Part shown: positions 20,839 through 35,969 of the stretch, in pieces
Layout: each line of letters starts with the position of its first letter
How positions within the stretch are numbered: position 1 is the first letter of the stretch
Assembly (NCBI GenBank): GCA_017656235.1
Contig: JACDOF010000016.1
Coordinates: 126-64,125, forward strand
DNA length: 64,000 bases
Origin: Brevibacillus sp.
GTDB lineage: Bacteria > Bacillota > Bacilli > Brevibacillales > Brevibacillaceae
Direction: 5' to 3'
Program-made: the position numbers and the translations under genes
Notes under the pieces: model-generated
What the model was told of the DNA's origin: nothing
The model's input: the letters and a program-made list of their open reading frames with translations, nothing else
The model's database searches: none

Positions 20839-21375
20839 ATGGAAAAAGCGTGGTATGTGATTCATACGTACTCTGGGTACGAAAACAAGGTGAAAACAAA
20901 CCTGGAAAAACGGGTCGAGTCGATGGGGATGGGTGACAAGATTTTTCGTGTCCTCGTTCCCACCGAGGAAGAGCTGGAGACGAAAGACGGGAAGAAACGG
21001 ACCGTCACCAAAAAAGTGTTTCCGGGTTACGTCCTTGTTGAAATGGTGATGACGGACGATTCGTGGTATGTCGTTCGCAACACACCCGGAGTGACCGGAT
21101 TTGTCGGTTCCACAGGCGCAGGTTCCAAGCCCACGGCGCTGCGTCCCGAAGAGGCGGATGCCATTCTCCGGCAGATGGGCTTCGAGACGCCCAAGGTCAA
21201 AGTCGACTTCGCACTCCACGATACGGTGCGGGTCAAGGACGGTCCGTTTGCCAACCGCACCGGCGAGATTATCGAGATTCAGCCTGACAAACAAAAAGTG
21301 CGGGTTCTCGTCGATATTTTCGGGCGGGAAACGCCGGTTGAATTGGACTTTACCCAGATCAATAAATTGGATTAG
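20839..21375 (+). CDS. nusG: Transcription factor NusG
   Basis: WYVIHTYSGYENKV, VFPGYVLVEM, VRNTPGVTGF, KOW domain. Start ATG 20839 or GTG 20833. Confidence 0.97.
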   Translation: MEKAWYVIHTYSGYENKVKTNLEKRVESMGMGDKIFRVLVPTEEELETKDGKKRTVTKKVFPGYVLVEMVMTDDSWYVVRNTPGVTGFVGSTGAGSKPTALRPEEADAILRQMGFETPKVKVDFALHDTVRVKDGPFANRTGEIIEIQPDKQKVRVLVDIFGRETPVELDFTQINKLD

Positions 21376-21383
21376 GATTCATC

Positions 21384-21412
21384 TTGAAAAGTACCGCCTG
21401 TTATGGTACATT
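21384..21412 (+). promoter_or_regulatory. SigA promoter of rplKA
   Basis: TTGAAA - 17 nt - TACATT with TGn extension. Confidence 0.6.
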
Positions 21413-21499
21413 TCAATTTGTTTCTGGAATCTGCTAACATGCGGTTCCCGACTCTCACTGTAAGGAAAGTCTTTTACATAAAGACTTTCGGGTAACAAA

Positions 21500-21530
21500 G
21501 TGGGAGGGGGTTATCCCCCGCATAACCACA
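21500..21530 (+). promoter_or_regulatory. L1-binding leader site upstream of rplK
   Basis: GTGGGAGG-hairpin(GGGGG TTAT CCCCC)-ACCAC arrangement resembling L1 autoregulatory sites. Confidence 0.6.
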
Positions 21531-21553
21531 TTTGAAAAAGGAGGTGTCCTTAC

Positions 21554-21979
21554 GTGGCTAAGAAAGTGATCCGCGTAATCAAGTTGCAAATTCCGGCAGG
21601 TAAAGCGAACCCTGCACCTCCAGTAGGTCCGGCACTCGGTCAAGCTGGTGTCAATATCATGGGCTTCTGCAAAGAGTTCAACGCTCGTACGGAAGGCCAG
21701 GCAGGAATGATCATTCCGGTAGAGATTACCGTGTATGAAGACCGTTCGTTTTCATTCATTACCAAAACACCGCCTGCTGCCGTGCTGTTGAAAAAAGCGG
21801 CTGGCATCGAATCCGGCTCTGGTGTGCCGAACAAGACCAAGGTGGCTACGCTGAAGCGTGACAAAGTTCGTGAAATCGCCGAATTGAAAAAACCGGACTT
21901 GAACGCAGCCAGCGTGGAAGCTGCGATGCGCATGATCGAAGGTACAGCTCGTTCCATGGGTATTGTGATCGAAGACTAA
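21554..21979 (+). CDS. rplK: 50S ribosomal protein L11
   Basis: [16 protein letters not shown]. Confidence 0.98.
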   Translation: MAKKVIRVIKLQIPAGKANPAPPVGPALGQAGVNIMGFCKEFNARTEGQAGMIIPVEITVYEDRSFSFITKTPPAAVLLKKAAGIESGSGVPNKTKVATLKRDKVREIAELKKPDLNAASVEAAMRMIEGTARSMGIVIED

Positions 21980-22020
21980 GTCTTTTGATCGGTACAGGGG
22001 TACATGCTTGTACCCCTGTT

Positions 22021-22051
22021 TTGTGGGAGGATTAAACCGCTACGACCACAA
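22021..22051 (+). promoter_or_regulatory. L1-binding site upstream of rplA
   Basis: TTGTGGGAGG...GACCACAA immediately before the rplA RBS. Confidence 0.65.
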
Positions 22052-22068
22052 AGAAGGGAGAATGAAAC

Positions 22069-22752
22069 ATGCCAAAACACGGCAAGAAGTACCGTGAAGC
22101 ACTCAAGCTGGTAGACAAGAACAAAGTCTACGAAGTAAAAGAAGCAATTGAACTGGTAAAAAAGATGGCATCCGCCAAGTTTGACGAGACGGTGGAAGCA
22201 GCTTATCGTCTTGGCGTTGATCCCAAGCGCGCCGATCAGCAAATCCGCGGTGCGGTTGTCCTGCCGCACGGTACGGGTAAGGTGCAGCGCGTACTGGTGT
22301 TTGCCAAAGGTGACAAGGCCAAGGAAGCGGAAGCAGCTGGTGCCGATTACGTAGGCGATGCCGATTTGATCAGCAAGATCCAAGGTGGCTGGTTCGACTT
22401 TGACGTCGTAGTGGCTACCCCGGACATGATGGGGGAAGTGGGTAAACTGGGTCGTGTTCTCGGACCGAAAGGCCTCATGCCCAACCCGAAAACCGGTACC
22501 GTTACGTTTGACGTTGCCAAAGCGGTCAACGAAATCAAGGCTGGTAAGATTGAATACCGAATCGACAAGGCAGGGAACATCCATGCCCCAATCGGAAAAG
22601 TTTCCTTTGATACAGACAAGCTGGCCGAAAACCTGGCAGCACTGACTGACGCATTGAACCGCGCGAAACCGGCGGCTGCCAAAGGTGTTTACATGCGCAA
22701 CGTTTCGATCAGCTCGACGATGGGCCCTGGTGTAAGAGTTAACGTAAAATAA
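22069..22752 (+). CDS. rplA: 50S ribosomal protein L1
   Basis: [30 protein letters not shown]. Confidence 0.98.
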   Translation: MPKHGKKYREALKLVDKNKVYEVKEAIELVKKMASAKFDETVEAAYRLGVDPKRADQQIRGAVVLPHGTGKVQRVLVFAKGDKAKEAEAAGADYVGDADLISKIQGGWFDFDVVVATPDMMGEVGKLGRVLGPKGLMPNPKTGTVTFDVAKAVNEIKAGKIEYRIDKAGNIHAPIGKVSFDTDKLAENLAALTDALNRAKPAAAKGVYMRNVSISSTMGPGVRVNVK

Positions 22753-22762
22753 TGGAAATCTC

Positions 22763-22791
22763 TTGACTTCCGTTCTGGAAGTTGCTAATAT
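22763..22791 (+). promoter_or_regulatory. SigA promoter of rplJL
   Basis: TTGACT - 17 nt - TAATAT with TGn extension. Confidence 0.7.
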
Positions 22792-22825
22792 ATAGCCTGT
22801 TGAATGAACAGAATAAATGTCATGC

Positions 22826-22960
22826 CGTAGACAGAAGGTGCGTTTCTGCATATTTCGCAGACTCGCTTAATATCCCTCCGAGGCGTGTAATGGAAACGGA
22901 AAGAGTCAGCTCTTTTGTGGAGTCATTATGCCCTCGTTTGGTCTGCGAGGGCATTTTTAT
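22826..22960 (+). promoter_or_regulatory. L10 leader (ribosomal protein attenuator)
   Basis: AGACAGAAGG...TTAAT..CCTCCGAGG core and terminator ATGCCCTCG...CGAGGGCATTTTT (22928-22958) upstream of rplJ. Confidence 0.8.
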
Positions 22961-22996
22961 TTGTTCAGATGCGAATCAGGCATGGGAGGTGTAGAC

Positions 22997-23512
22997 ATGG
23001 CAGAAGTTCGTCCTACCGTTATCCGGGAAGAAAAAGTAAAAACGGTCGAAGCGATTGCAACCAAGCTGCGTGAAAGTCAGACGACGGTAGTAGCCGATTA
23101 CCGCGGACTGACGGTAGCACAAGTGACGGAACTCCGCCAGCAGCTGCGTGAAGCAGGCGTCGAGTTTAAGGTGTACAAGAACACGCTGGCTCGTCTTGCT
23201 ACTGCAAAAGAAGGGCTGACCGAACTGGATCAATACCTGCTCGGACCGAACGCCATCGCATTTTCTAAGGATGACGTGGTTGCTCCGGCCAAAATTCTCG
23301 TAGAGTTTGCGAAGAAGAACGAGCAGTTGGAGATCAAAGGCGGTATCATCGAGGGCAAAGTCGTCGGTCCTGCCGAGATCAAGGCGCTCGCGTCCTTGCC
23401 GTCCCGCGAAGGACTGCTGTCGATGCTGCTCAGCGTACTGCAGGCACCGATGCGCAACTTCGCGCTTGCGGTTAAAGCGGTTGCCGACAAAAAGGAAGGC
23501 GAAAGTGCCTAA
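22997..23512 (+). CDS. rplJ: 50S ribosomal protein L10
   Basis: [28 protein letters not shown]; ATG 22997 with RBS GGAGGTG. Confidence 0.97.
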   Translation: MAEVRPTVIREEKVKTVEAIATKLRESQTTVVADYRGLTVAQVTELRQQLREAGVEFKVYKNTLARLATAKEGLTELDQYLLGPNAIAFSKDDVVAPAKILVEFAKKNEQLEIKGGIIEGKVVGPAEIKALASLPSREGLLSMLLSVLQAPMRNFALAVKAVADKKEGESA

Positions 23513-23585
23513 TTGGCGAAAAGCGGTTTGCGCTTGTTGAGCGTCCGCAACTACATCCGAAATGAACAAAAGGAGGATTATTCAC

Positions 23586-23954
23586 ATGAGCAAAGAGCAA
23601 ATCTTGGAAGCCATCAAAGGCATGTCCGTTCTTGAACTGAACGATCTGGTAAAAGCAATTGAAGAAGAGTTTGGTGTAACCGCTGCTGCACCAGTAGCTG
23701 TGGTTGGTGCTGCTGCTGCCGGCGGCGAAGCGGCTGCTGAGCAAACCGAATTCACTGTTGAACTGGTAAGCGGCGGCGCTTCCAAAATCAACGTTATCAA
23801 AGTGGTACGCGAAATCACCGGTCTCGGCCTGAAAGAAGCAAAAGACCTGGTAGACAACGCTCCGAAAACACTCAAAGAAGGCGTATCCAAAGAGGAAGCC
23901 GAACAAATCAAAGCAAAACTGGAAGAGGCAGGCGCAACTGTCGAGCTGAAGTAG
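23586..23954 (+). CDS. rplL: 50S ribosomal protein L7/L12
   Basis: [24 protein letters not shown]. Confidence 0.98.
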   Translation: MSKEQILEAIKGMSVLELNDLVKAIEEEFGVTAAAPVAVVGAAAAGGEAAAEQTEFTVELVSGGASKINVIKVVREITGLGLKEAKDLVDNAPKTLKEGVSKEEAEQIKAKLEEAGATVELK

Positions 23955-23980
23955 TCGCCTTTTCTCTCACTCAATAAATG

Positions 23981-24013
23981 AAAATCCCCCATGCCTGTTG
24001 GCAGGGGGATTTT
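23981..24013 (+). terminator. Terminator after rplL
   Basis: AAAATCCCCC-a-TGCC-TGTT-GGCA-GGGGGATTTT. Confidence 0.75.
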
Positions 24014-24052
24014 CGTTCCGCATTCATCTTCCCCTTGAAAGGTGTGCTGATC

Positions 24053-24649
24053 GTGACCGACCACTACTACACCAATCGTCCCGATTTGCCTCACGACGAA
24101 CGCTCCTTTACCTTTTCCTTACGCGGTTATTCCCTGCGCTTTACGACCGACGCGGGCGTCTTTTCCCGAGAGCGGATCGATTTTGGCAGTGTTCTGCTGA
24201 TCGAAACCATGCATATTGACGAGACGGCTGAGGTGCTGGATGTTGGCTGCGGCTACGGACCGCTCGGCCTGTTTGCGGCGAAGCTGGCTCCGCGCGGTCG
24301 GGTGACGATGGTGGATGTTAACGAGCGGGCAGTCCGGTTGGCCCGCCGCAATGCCGAACAAAACGGAATCGCAAACGTGGAGGTGTTGACAAGTGACCTT
24401 TATGCAGCAGTGGCTGATCGCAGTTTCGACGTGATTCTGACCAATCCGCCCATCCGCGCGGGAAAAGAAATCGTTCACCGCATCTTTGTGGAAGGACATG
24501 CGCTGCTCAGGTCGGGCGGGGAAATGTGGGTCGTTATTCAGAAGAAACAGGGGGCCCCTTCTGCCTACAAAAAGCTGCGGGAAGTGTATGCGGAAGTGGA
24601 GGAAGCAGAGCGTAAAAAAGGCTATTCCATCTTCCGGGCGAAGAAGTAG
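24053..24649 (+). CDS. ybxB: Class I SAM methyltransferase YbxB (RsmC-like)
   Basis: GTG 24053. TDHYY, DAGVFS..IDFGS, LDVGCGYG, TNPPIRAGK; position between rplL and rpoB. Confidence 0.9.
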   Translation: MTDHYYTNRPDLPHDERSFTFSLRGYSLRFTTDAGVFSRERIDFGSVLLIETMHIDETAEVLDVGCGYGPLGLFAAKLAPRGRVTMVDVNERAVRLARRNAEQNGIANVEVLTSDLYAAVADRSFDVILTNPPIRAGKEIVHRIFVEGHALLRSGGEMWVVIQKKQGAPSAYKKLREVYAEVEEAERKKGYSIFRAKK

Positions 24650-24735
24650 AAAGGCGGCCTTCCTGCGCCGCAGCGGGACAGAAGCGGCAAATCCCATGAC
24701 TGTCTTGAAAATGTACAGGCAATCAACTTTTTTGC

Positions 24736-24764
24736 TTGACGCTAAATATTGAATATGGTAGCAT
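24736..24764 (+). promoter_or_regulatory. SigA promoter of rpoBC
   Basis: TTGACG - 17 nt - TAGCAT with TGn extension. Confidence 0.65.
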
Positions 24765-25131
24765 TATAAAATGTCAATATGGGTTTAATCTACCCTTTAT
24801 GCCTTTTTTGCTTTTGTCAATGGGATTTTCCCTCCATTTTACACCATGTTTTTGTTTGTTCACGCCCCCCCTGCAGGGAGCTGTGGTGTGCCTCAGCTCC
24901 GATGGGGTCATTTTCTCCGTTATTGGCAAAAAGGAGGAATGTAAGTGTAAAAAGGTGGGAATTCTGTTACAATAGAGACTCTCTGCTTAAAAATGAGGTT
25001 ACTGGTTTAACCCATTTTTATTTTTGTGTGAAAAACAGCACAACGTTTTTCATGGGCCCAGTCCCTGTCAGGGAACACAAAACAGCGATAAGTCTTTTGT
25101 GGTGGGAACACAAACATGAGGGGTGAATGAG

Positions 25132-28671
<3,540 letters not shown>

Positions 28672-28699
28672 GATTCCGGGACAAGGGAGGTAACGCCCT

Positions 28700-31600
28700 G
28701 TGATAGACGTCAACAATTTTGAATACATGAAGATCGGTCTGGCCTCGCCGGACAAGATTCGTTCATGGTCCTACGGTGAAGTAAAAAAGCCGGAGACAAT
28801 CAACTACCGTACGCTGAAACCGGAAAAAGACGGCCTGTTCTGTGAGCGCATCTTCGGACCGACAAAGGACTGGGAGTGTCACTGCGGCAAGTACAAACGG
28901 GTTCGCTACAAGGGCGTCGTCTGTGACCGCTGCGGCGTGGAAGTGACGCGGGCCAAGGTGCGGCGCGAGCGTATGGGTCACATAGAGCTTGCTGCTCCGG
29001 TGTCACATATCTGGTATTTCAAAGGGATTCCCAGCCGGATGGGGCTTGTCCTGGACATGTCGCCGCGTTCGCTGGAAGAAGTGATTTACTTCGCTTCTTA
29101 CGTGGTGACGGATCCGGGCGACACGCCGCTTGACAAGAAACAGCTACTCTCTGAGAAGGAGTATCGCAATTACCGCGAAAAATACGGGTACTCCTTCCAG
29201 GCGATGATGGGGGCGGAAGCGATCAAGCGGCTCCTGGCTGAAATCGATCTGGACAAAGAAGTAGAGGCCTTGAAAGAAGAATTGAAGACGGCGCAAGGTC
29301 AGCGGCGCAATCGCGCGATCAAGCGGCTGGAGGTACTGGAAGCATTCCGCAACTCCGGCAACCGCCCGGAATGGATGGTGCTTGACGTACTCCCGGTCAT
29401 TCCGCCGGAACTGCGTCCGATGGTGCAGTTGGATGGCGGTCGGTTTGCCACGTCTGACCTGAACGACCTCTACCGCCGCGTGATCAACCGCAACAACCGC
29501 TTGAAGCGGCTGCTCGAACTGGGCGCTCCGGACATCATCGTGCAAAACGAGAAACGGATGCTCCAGGAGGCGGTCGACGCCCTGATTGACAACGGACGTC
29601 GCGGTCGTCCGGTTACTGGTCCCGGCAATCGTCCGCTGAAGTCGTTGAGCCACATGCTCAAAGGGAAACAGGGCCGTTTCCGTCAAAACCTGCTCGGGAA
29701 GCGGGTTGACTACTCCGGTCGCTCGGTAATCGTTGTCGGCCCCAACCTGAAGATGTACCAATGCGGTTTGCCCAAAGAGATGGCGCTGGAGCTGTTTAAG
29801 CCGTTCGTAATGAAGGAACTGGTAGCCAAGGGGCTTGCTCACAACATCAAGAGTGCCAAGCGCAAAGTGGAGCGCGTGCAGCCGGAAGTGTGGGATGTTC
29901 TGGAGGAAGTGATCCGTGAACACCCCGTTCTGTTGAACCGTGCTCCCACGCTGCACCGTTTGGGTATTCAGGCGTTCGAACCGGTTCTTGTCGAGGGACG
30001 CGCCATTCGTCTGCATCCGCTGGTATGTACCGCCTACAACGCCGACTTTGACGGCGACCAGATGGCCGTGCACGTGCCGCTGTCTGCGGAGGCGCAGGCC
30101 GAAGCGCGTGTACTCATGCTGGCGGCCCAAAACATCCTCAACCCGAAAGACGGCAAGCCGGTTGTCACACCGTCACAGGACATGGTGCTCGGGTCTTACT
30201 ACCTGACGCTGGAGCGCGAAGGAGACAAAGGGGAAGGGTCCTACTACCGCGATCCCGCGGATGCAATCGCCGCTTACCAAAACGGATATATCAGTCTGCA
30301 TACGCGGATTGCCATTCCGGCCAAGAGCCTGAACAAAACATCGTTTACGGAAGAGCAAAAAAACGCCCTGATGTTTACGACAGTCGGCAAGATTATTTTC
30401 AACGAGATCTTCCCGCCTGAGCTGCCGTACATCAACACACCGACGAAAGAGAACCTGACCAACAAGGTGCCGGATGAGTACTTCGTCTTTGAGAAGGGCG
30501 TCAACCTGAAAGAATTTGTCAAGACACTGCCTGACAACGGGGCGATCAAGAAGGGCTTCCTTGGGACGATTATCGCCGAGTGTTTCCGCCGCTTCGGCAC
30601 CACCCAGACGGCGATCATCCTCGACAAGATCAAGGAACTGGGCTTTATGTACTCGACCAAAGCGGGGATTACCATTGCCGTCGCCGACATTGTCGTACCG
30701 GAGCAGAAAAAGGACATCATCAAGGCAGCGGAAGAAAAAGTGCAGACCGTTATGGCTCAGTATCGCCGCGGTTTGATTACCGAGGACGAACGTTACGATC
30801 GCGTCATCTCGATTTGGTCCAAGGCCAAGGACGAAGTGACGGACGTCCTGATGAAGTCGATGGACAAATTCAACGCGATCTTCATGATGGCCAACTCCGG
30901 TGCGCGCGGTAACGTATCGCAGATTACCCAGCTGGCCGGTATGCGCGGGCTGATGGCCAACCCGTCAGGTCGGATCATCGAGCTGCCGATCATCTCCAAC
31001 TTCCGGGAAGGGTTGACCGTGTTGGAGTACTTCATCTCCACGCACGGTGCCCGGAAAGGTCTTGCCGATACGGCTCTTAGGACCGCCGACTCCGGTTACC
31101 TGACCCGTCGGCTGGTTGACGTGGCGCAGGACGTCATTGTACGTGAAGAAGATTGCGGAACCGACAAAGGGGTTCGGATCAGTGCGATAACCGACGGCAA
31201 GGAAGAGATCGAAAAACTTTCCGACCGCCTGATTGGCCGCACCTGCTTTGAAACGGTTCGCCATCCGGAGACAGGTGAAATCATCGTCGGCCGTAACGAG
31301 GAAATCACCGAAAGCATCGCCGACCAGATCGTCAAAGCGGGAATCAAGGATGTCTACATTCGCAACGTCTTGTCCTGCCGCACCAGTCATGGTGTCTGCA
31401 AACGCTGCTACGGACGCAACCTGGCGACCGGTTCCGAGGTGGAGATCGGTGAAGCAGTCGGAATCATCGCGGCCCAGTCGATCGGTGAACCAGGAACCCA
31501 GCTGACGATGCGTACGTTCCACACCGGTGGGGTGGCCGGCGACGACATCACCCAAGGTTTGCCGCGGATTCAAGAGCTGTTTGAAGCGCGCAATCCGAAG

Positions 31601-32329
31601 GGGCAGGCCGTTATCACCGAGATTGACGGCGAAGTGATTGACATTCGCGAAGGAAAAGACAGGCGCGAGATCGAAGTGCGCGGAGAGGCAGAAAACAAAG
31701 TGTATGCCGTACCGTATGGCGCGCGGATCAAAGTCTCTGTCGGGAGCAAGCTGAGTGCCGGCGATGAGCTGACAGAGGGCTCTGTCGATCCGAAAGAAAT
31801 GTTGAAGGTGCGAGGTTTGCGCGGCGTGTCCAACTATATCCTGCAGGAAGTACAGAAAGTGTACCGGATGCAGGGGGTAGAGATTAACGACAAGCATATC
31901 GAAGTGATGATTCGGCAAATGCTGCGTAAAGTTCGCATCGTGGACAGCGGCGACACGGATCTGCTGCCGGGCTCGTATGTGGAAGTACACGAGTTTGAAC
32001 AGGCCAACGCCAAAGTGCTGCTGGAAGGAAAACGGCCTGCGGTTGGACGTCCGGTGCTCCTGGGGATTACCAAAGCGTCACTGGAAACAGACTCCTTCCT
32101 GTCCGCAGCCTCCTTCCAGGAGACGACGCGCGTCCTGACCGACGCGGCGATCAAAGGCAAAGTGGACCGCCTGCTTGGTCTCAAGGAGAACGTGATTATC
32201 GGAAAGCTGGTTCCAGCCGGTACCGGCATGGCACGATACCGCAACACCAAAGTAATGACAAAGGCCGACTACGAGGCCAAGCTCAATCAGGATACGGAAG
32301 AAAAAGAAGCCGTACCGGTAGCGGAATAG
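28700..32329 (+). CDS. rpoC: RNA polymerase beta-prime subunit
   Basis: Zinc finger CHCGKY..CDRC and catalytic NADFDGD. Confidence 0.99.
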   Translation: MIDVNNFEYMKIGLASPDKIRSWSYGEVKKPETINYRTLKPEKDGLFCERIFGPTKDWECHCGKYKRVRYKGVVCDRCGVEVTRAKVRRERMGHIELAAPVSHIWYFKGIPSRMGLVLDMSPRSLEEVIYFASYVVTDPGDTPLDKKQLLSEKEYRNYREKYGYSFQAMMGAEAIKRLLAEIDLDKEVEALKEELKTAQGQRRNRAIKRLEVLEAFRNSGNRPEWMVLDVLPVIPPELRPMVQLDGGRFATSDLNDLYRRVINRNNRLKRLLELGAPDIIVQNEKRMLQEAVDALIDNGRRGRPVTGPGNRPLKSLSHMLKGKQGRFRQNLLGKRVDYSGRSVIVVGPNLKMYQCGLPKEMALELFKPFVMKELVAKGLAHNIKSAKRKVERVQPEVWDVLEEVIREHPVLLNRAPTLHRLGIQAFEPVLVEGRAIRLHPLVCTAYNADFDGDQMAVHVPLSAEAQAEARVLMLAAQNILNPKDGKPVVTPSQDMVLGSYYLTLEREGDKGEGSYYRDPADAIAAYQNGYISLHTRIAIPAKSLNKTSFTEEQKNALMFTTVGKIIFNEIFPPELPYINTPTKENLTNKVPDEYFVFEKGVNLKEFVKTLPDNGAIKKGFLGTIIAECFRRFGTTQTAIILDKIKELGFMYSTKAGITIAVADIVVPEQKKDIIKAAEEKVQTVMAQYRRGLITEDERYDRVISIWSKAKDEVTDVLMKSMDKFNAIFMMANSGARGNVSQITQLAGMRGLMANPSGRIIELPIISNFREGLTVLEYFISTHGARKGLADTALRTADSGYLTRRLVDVAQDVIVREEDCGTDKGVRISAITDGKEEIEKLSDRLIGRTCFETVRHPETGEIIVGRNEEITESIADQIVKAGIKDVYIRNVLSCRTSHGVCKRCYGRNLATGSEVEIGEAVGIIAAQSIGEPGTQLTMRTFHTGGVAGDDITQGLPRIQELFEARNPKGQAVITEIDGEVIDIREGKDRREIEVRGEAENKVYAVPYGARIKVSVGSKLSAGDELTEGSVDPKEMLKVRGLRGVSNYILQEVQKVYRMQGVEINDKHIEVMIRQMLRKVRIVDSGDTDLLPGSYVEVHEFEQANAKVLLEGKRPAVGRPVLLGITKASLETDSFLSAASFQETTRVLTDAAIKGKVDRLLGLKENVIIGKLVPAGTGMARYRNTKVMTKADYEAKLNQDTEEKEAVPVAE

Positions 32330-32425
32330 CAGAGTTGGCGGGTGCCCATCCTCCTGTGGTGGGCACCACCTTTCTGCCCGCATTTTCTGCGTGTCGGGCA
32401 CGAGCGGGATGCCGAAACTTCTCCG

Positions 32426-32454
32426 TTGACATTGCGGTACCGACCTGATATTAT
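32426..32454 (+). promoter_or_regulatory. SigA promoter of the ybxF-str operon
   Basis: TTGACA - 17 nt - TATTAT with TGn extension. Confidence 0.75.
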
Positions 32455-32497
32455 ATTCAAGTGTGCCTGATACCTTTGCTTTGGAGGATATGGTGTC

Positions 32498-32752
32498 ATG
32501 TCTTATGAAAAAGTAGAGCGGGCCAAAGAGCTGACGATCGGGATCAAGCAGACGATGAAGGCGATCGCGAACGATCAGGTGGAGGAAGTGTACATCTCCC
32601 GTGATGCCGATCAGCGTCTGACCCAAAAAGTCCAGCTTCTATGCAAGGAAAAGGGTGTACCAGTCATTTACGTCGATTCCATGAACCGCCTGGGCAAGGC
32701 ATGCGGAATCGAGGTGGGTGCGGCGGCAGCCGCGATTAAAAAGACGGTTTGA
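32498..32752 (+). CDS. ybxF: L7Ae-family RNA-binding protein YbxF
   Basis: MSYEKV, IGIKQT, LGKACGIEVGAAA; position upstream of rpsL. Confidence 0.92.
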   Translation: MSYEKVERAKELTIGIKQTMKAIANDQVEEVYISRDADQRLTQKVQLLCKEKGVPVIYVDSMNRLGKACGIEVGAAAAAIKKTV

Positions 32753-32874
32753 GATGTTTTTGTTACGCAGGCCGCATTGTCGGCTTGGCGGACAAGAACT
32801 TTCTATTTGACCCAAAAATGACTCACCTGGATCTGTGGTCTTAAGATTGGGTAAAAGGAAGGGGGTACAGCATC

Positions 32875-33297
32875 ATGCCTACAATTAACCAGTTGGTGCG
32901 CAAGGGTCGTAAAGACAAAGTCGTGAAGTCAAAATCTCCTGCTTTGCAAAAGGGGTACAACAGCTTCAAGAAGACGCAAACGAACCAAAGCTCCCCGCAA
33001 AAACGCGGCGTGTGCACCCGCGTAGGTACGATGACGCCGAAGAAACCAAACTCCGCGCTTCGTAAATACGCTCGTGTACGCTTGAGCAACGGCATCGAGG
33101 TTACCGCATACATCGGCGGTATTGGCCACAACCTGCAAGAGCACAGTGTTGTGCTTGTACGCGGCGGCCGTGTTAAGGACCTGCCAGGGGTTCGCTATCA
33201 TATCGTTCGCGGTGCGCTTGATACGGCTGGCGTCAACAACCGGATGCAAGGTCGTTCCAAGTACGGAACGAAGCGTCCGAAAGAAGCCAAGAAGTAA
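32875..33297 (+). CDS. rpsL: 30S ribosomal protein S12
   Basis: [31 protein letters not shown]. Confidence 0.99.
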   Translation: MPTINQLVRKGRKDKVVKSKSPALQKGYNSFKKTQTNQSSPQKRGVCTRVGTMTPKKPNSALRKYARVRLSNGIEVTAYIGGIGHNLQEHSVVLVRGGRVKDLPGVRYHIVRGALDTAGVNNRMQGRSKYGTKRPKEAKK

Positions 33298-33349
33298 GCG
33301 GTCCGCGTAGATACGCAGCAGCAATTCATGCAAAAAGGAGGGAAACAAG

Positions 33350-33820
33350 ATGCCAAGAAAGGGACCGGTTCCTCGTCGGGACGTATTGCCTGATCCGATT
33401 TACAACAGCAAACTGGTTACCCGCCTGATCAATCGCATGATGATTGACGGGAAGCGCGGTGTAGCACAGAACATTCTTTACAAAGCTTTTGACATCGTAC
33501 GTGAGCGCACAGGCCGCGATCCGATGGAAGTGTTTGAAGAAGCACTGAAAAATATCATGCCTGTACTGGAAGTAAAAGCTCGCCGTGTCGGTGGTGCCAA
33601 CTATCAGGTTCCGGTAGAGGTGAAACCCGAACGCCGTACGACGCTGGGGCTGCGCTGGTTGGTTAACTACGCGCGCACCCGTGGTGAAAAAACGATGCAA
33701 GAGCGTTTGGCAAACGAAATTATCGATGCAGCCAACAATACAGGTGCGGCTGTCAAAAAACGTGAGGACACTCACAAAATGGCAGAAGCAAACAAGGCAT
33801 TTGCGCACTATCGTTGGTAG
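33350..33820 (+). CDS. rpsG: 30S ribosomal protein S7
   Basis: [24 protein letters not shown]. Confidence 0.99.
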   Translation: MPRKGPVPRRDVLPDPIYNSKLVTRLINRMMIDGKRGVAQNILYKAFDIVRERTGRDPMEVFEEALKNIMPVLEVKARRVGGANYQVPVEVKPERRTTLGLRWLVNYARTRGEKTMQERLANEIIDAANNTGAAVKKREDTHKMAEANKAFAHYRW

Positions 33821-33890
33821 AATCCAAAGCGGGTATCCGCTTTGGATGCCTGCATATTCTCACATATGAGGAAGGAAGGAGCATTCCTAG

Positions 33891-35969
33891 ATGGCTCGCG
33901 AGTTCTCTCTAGCGAATACGCGCAACATCGGGATCATGGCCCATATCGACGCTGGAAAGACGACCACGACAGAGCGCATTCTGTTCTATACGGGTCGTGT
34001 CCACAAGATTGGGGAAGTGCACGAAGGTGCCGCAACCATGGACTGGATGGAGCAGGAGCAGGAGCGTGGTATCACCATCACCTCTGCTGCCACCACGGCG
34101 CAATGGAAAGGCCACCGCATCAACATCATCGACACGCCTGGGCACGTAGACTTCACGGTGGAAGTGGAGCGTTCCCTGCGCGTACTCGATGGTACCGTTG
34201 CAGTATTTGACGCCAAGGGCGGCGTCGAGCCTCAGTCGGAAACGGTGTGGCGCCAGGCAGACCGTTACGGTGTACCGCGTATCTGCTATGTAAACAAGAT
34301 GGACATTATCGGCGCTAACTTCGATATGTGCGTGGAGCAAATCCGCGACCGCCTCGGGGCCAATCCTGTGCCGATCCAATATCCGATTGGAGCGGAAGAC
34401 CAGTTTACCGGGATTGTCGACCTCGTAACGATGCAGGCGTACTATTACCTGGATGATCTGGGAACAAGAACGGAAGCGAAAGAAATCCCGGATGAGCTGA
34501 AAGAGAAATGTGAGCAACTGCATCTGCAGCTTTTGGAAGCAGCGGCTGAGCAGGACGAGGAACTGATGATGAAGTACCTCGAGGGTGAAGAGCTGACCGT
34601 GGAGGAAATCAAACGTGCTCTGCGCAAAGGTACCACGGAAGTGAAACTGGTTCCCGTTCTCTGCGGTTCTTCCTACAGAAACAAGGGCGTGCAGCTCATG
34701 CTCGATGCCGTTGTAGACTACCTCCCGTCTCCGCTTGACGTACCGCCGATCAAAGGGGTACTGCCGGATTCGGATGAAGAGGTAACCCGCGAGTCGGACG
34801 ACAACGGTCCGTTTGCCGCTCTGGCATTCAAGATCATGACCGACCCGTACGTTGGTAAGCTGACCTTTTTCCGTGTGTACTCCGGTACGCTTTCTTCCGG
34901 TTCGTACGTGTTGAACTCGACCAAAGGCAAGCGGGAGCGCATCGGGCGTATCCTGCAAATGCACGCCAACCACCGCGAAGAGATTCCGGTTGTATATGCC
35001 GGTGATATCGCGGCGGCTGTCGGTCTGAAAGACACGACAACCGGGGACACGCTGTGCGACGAGAAAGCACCGGTTATTCTGGAATCCATGGAGTTTCCGG
35101 AACCGGTTATCCAGGTTGCCATCGAGCCGAAGTCGAAGGCGGATCAGGACAAGATGGGCATTGCCCTGTCGAAGCTTGCGGAAGAAGACCCGACATTCCG
35201 TGCCTGGACCGATGAAGAAACGGGTCAGACGATTATCGCCGGTATGGGTGAGCTTCACCTGGAGATTATCGTGGATCGTCTCAAGCGTGAGTTTAAGGTG
35301 GAGGCCAATGTTGGTGCTCCGCAGGTTGCTTACCGCGAGACCTTCCGCGGATCGGCAAAAGTGGAAGGGAAGTTCGTCCGTCAGTCCGGTGGTCGTGGTC
35401 AATACGGTCACGTTTGGGTGGAGTTCTCTCCGCTTGAGCCGGGTTCCGGCTTCGAGTTCGAAAACAAAATCGTCGGTGGCGTAGTTCCGAAGGAATACGT
35501 GCCGGCTGTTCAAGCTGGTATCGAAGAAGCGATGAAGAACGGTGTGCTGGCCGGCTATCCGCTGGTTGACATCAAAGCTGTGCTCGTTGACGGTAGCTAC
35601 CACGACGTCGACTCCTCGGAAATGGCGTTTAAAGTGGCCGGCTCCCTCGCTTTGAAAGAGGCGGCGAAGAAATGCAACGCCGTTCTGCTTGAGCCGATCA
35701 TGAAGGTCGAAGTAACCGTGCCGGAAGAGTACATGGGTGACGTTATGGGTGACCTGAACTCCCGCCGCGGGCGCATCGAAGGCATGGAGGCACACGCCAA
35801 CGCACAGGTGATCCGTGCGATGGTTCCGCTGGCCGAGATGTTTGGATACTCGACTGTACTGCGTTCGCGCACACAGGGCCGCGGTACCTACTCGATGCAG
35901 ATCGACCACTATGAAGAAGTGCCGAAGAACATCGCCGACGAAATCATCAAGAAGTCCAAAGGCGAGTAA
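33891..35969 (+). CDS. fusA: Elongation factor G
   Basis: [18 protein letters not shown]. Confidence 0.99.
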   Translation: MAREFSLANTRNIGIMAHIDAGKTTTTERILFYTGRVHKIGEVHEGAATMDWMEQEQERGITITSAATTAQWKGHRINIIDTPGHVDFTVEVERSLRVLDGTVAVFDAKGGVEPQSETVWRQADRYGVPRICYVNKMDIIGANFDMCVEQIRDRLGANPVPIQYPIGAEDQFTGIVDLVTMQAYYYLDDLGTRTEAKEIPDELKEKCEQLHLQLLEAAAEQDEELMMKYLEGEELTVEEIKRALRKGTTEVKLVPVLCGSSYRNKGVQLMLDAVVDYLPSPLDVPPIKGVLPDSDEEVTRESDDNGPFAALAFKIMTDPYVGKLTFFRVYSGTLSSGSYVLNSTKGKRERIGRILQMHANHREEIPVVYAGDIAAAVGLKDTTTGDTLCDEKAPVILESMEFPEPVIQVAIEPKSKADQDKMGIALSKLAEEDPTFRAWTDEETGQTIIAGMGELHLEIIVDRLKREFKVEANVGAPQVAYRETFRGSAKVEGKFVRQSGGRGQYGHVWVEFSPLEPGSGFEFENKIVGGVVPKEYVPAVQAGIEEAMKNGVLAGYPLVDIKAVLVDGSYHDVDSSEMAFKVAGSLALKEAAKKCNAVLLEPIMKVEVTVPEEYMGDVMGDLNSRRGRIEGMEAHANAQVIRAMVPLAEMFGYSTVLRSRTQGRGTYSMQIDHYEEVPKNIADEIIKKSKGE

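Noticed and set aside
33909-35909. 666-aa antisense ORF over fusA, and similar ones over clpC, tuf, rpoB and rpoC
   Set aside because: In-register shadow ORFs explained by codon bias; no recognisable domains.
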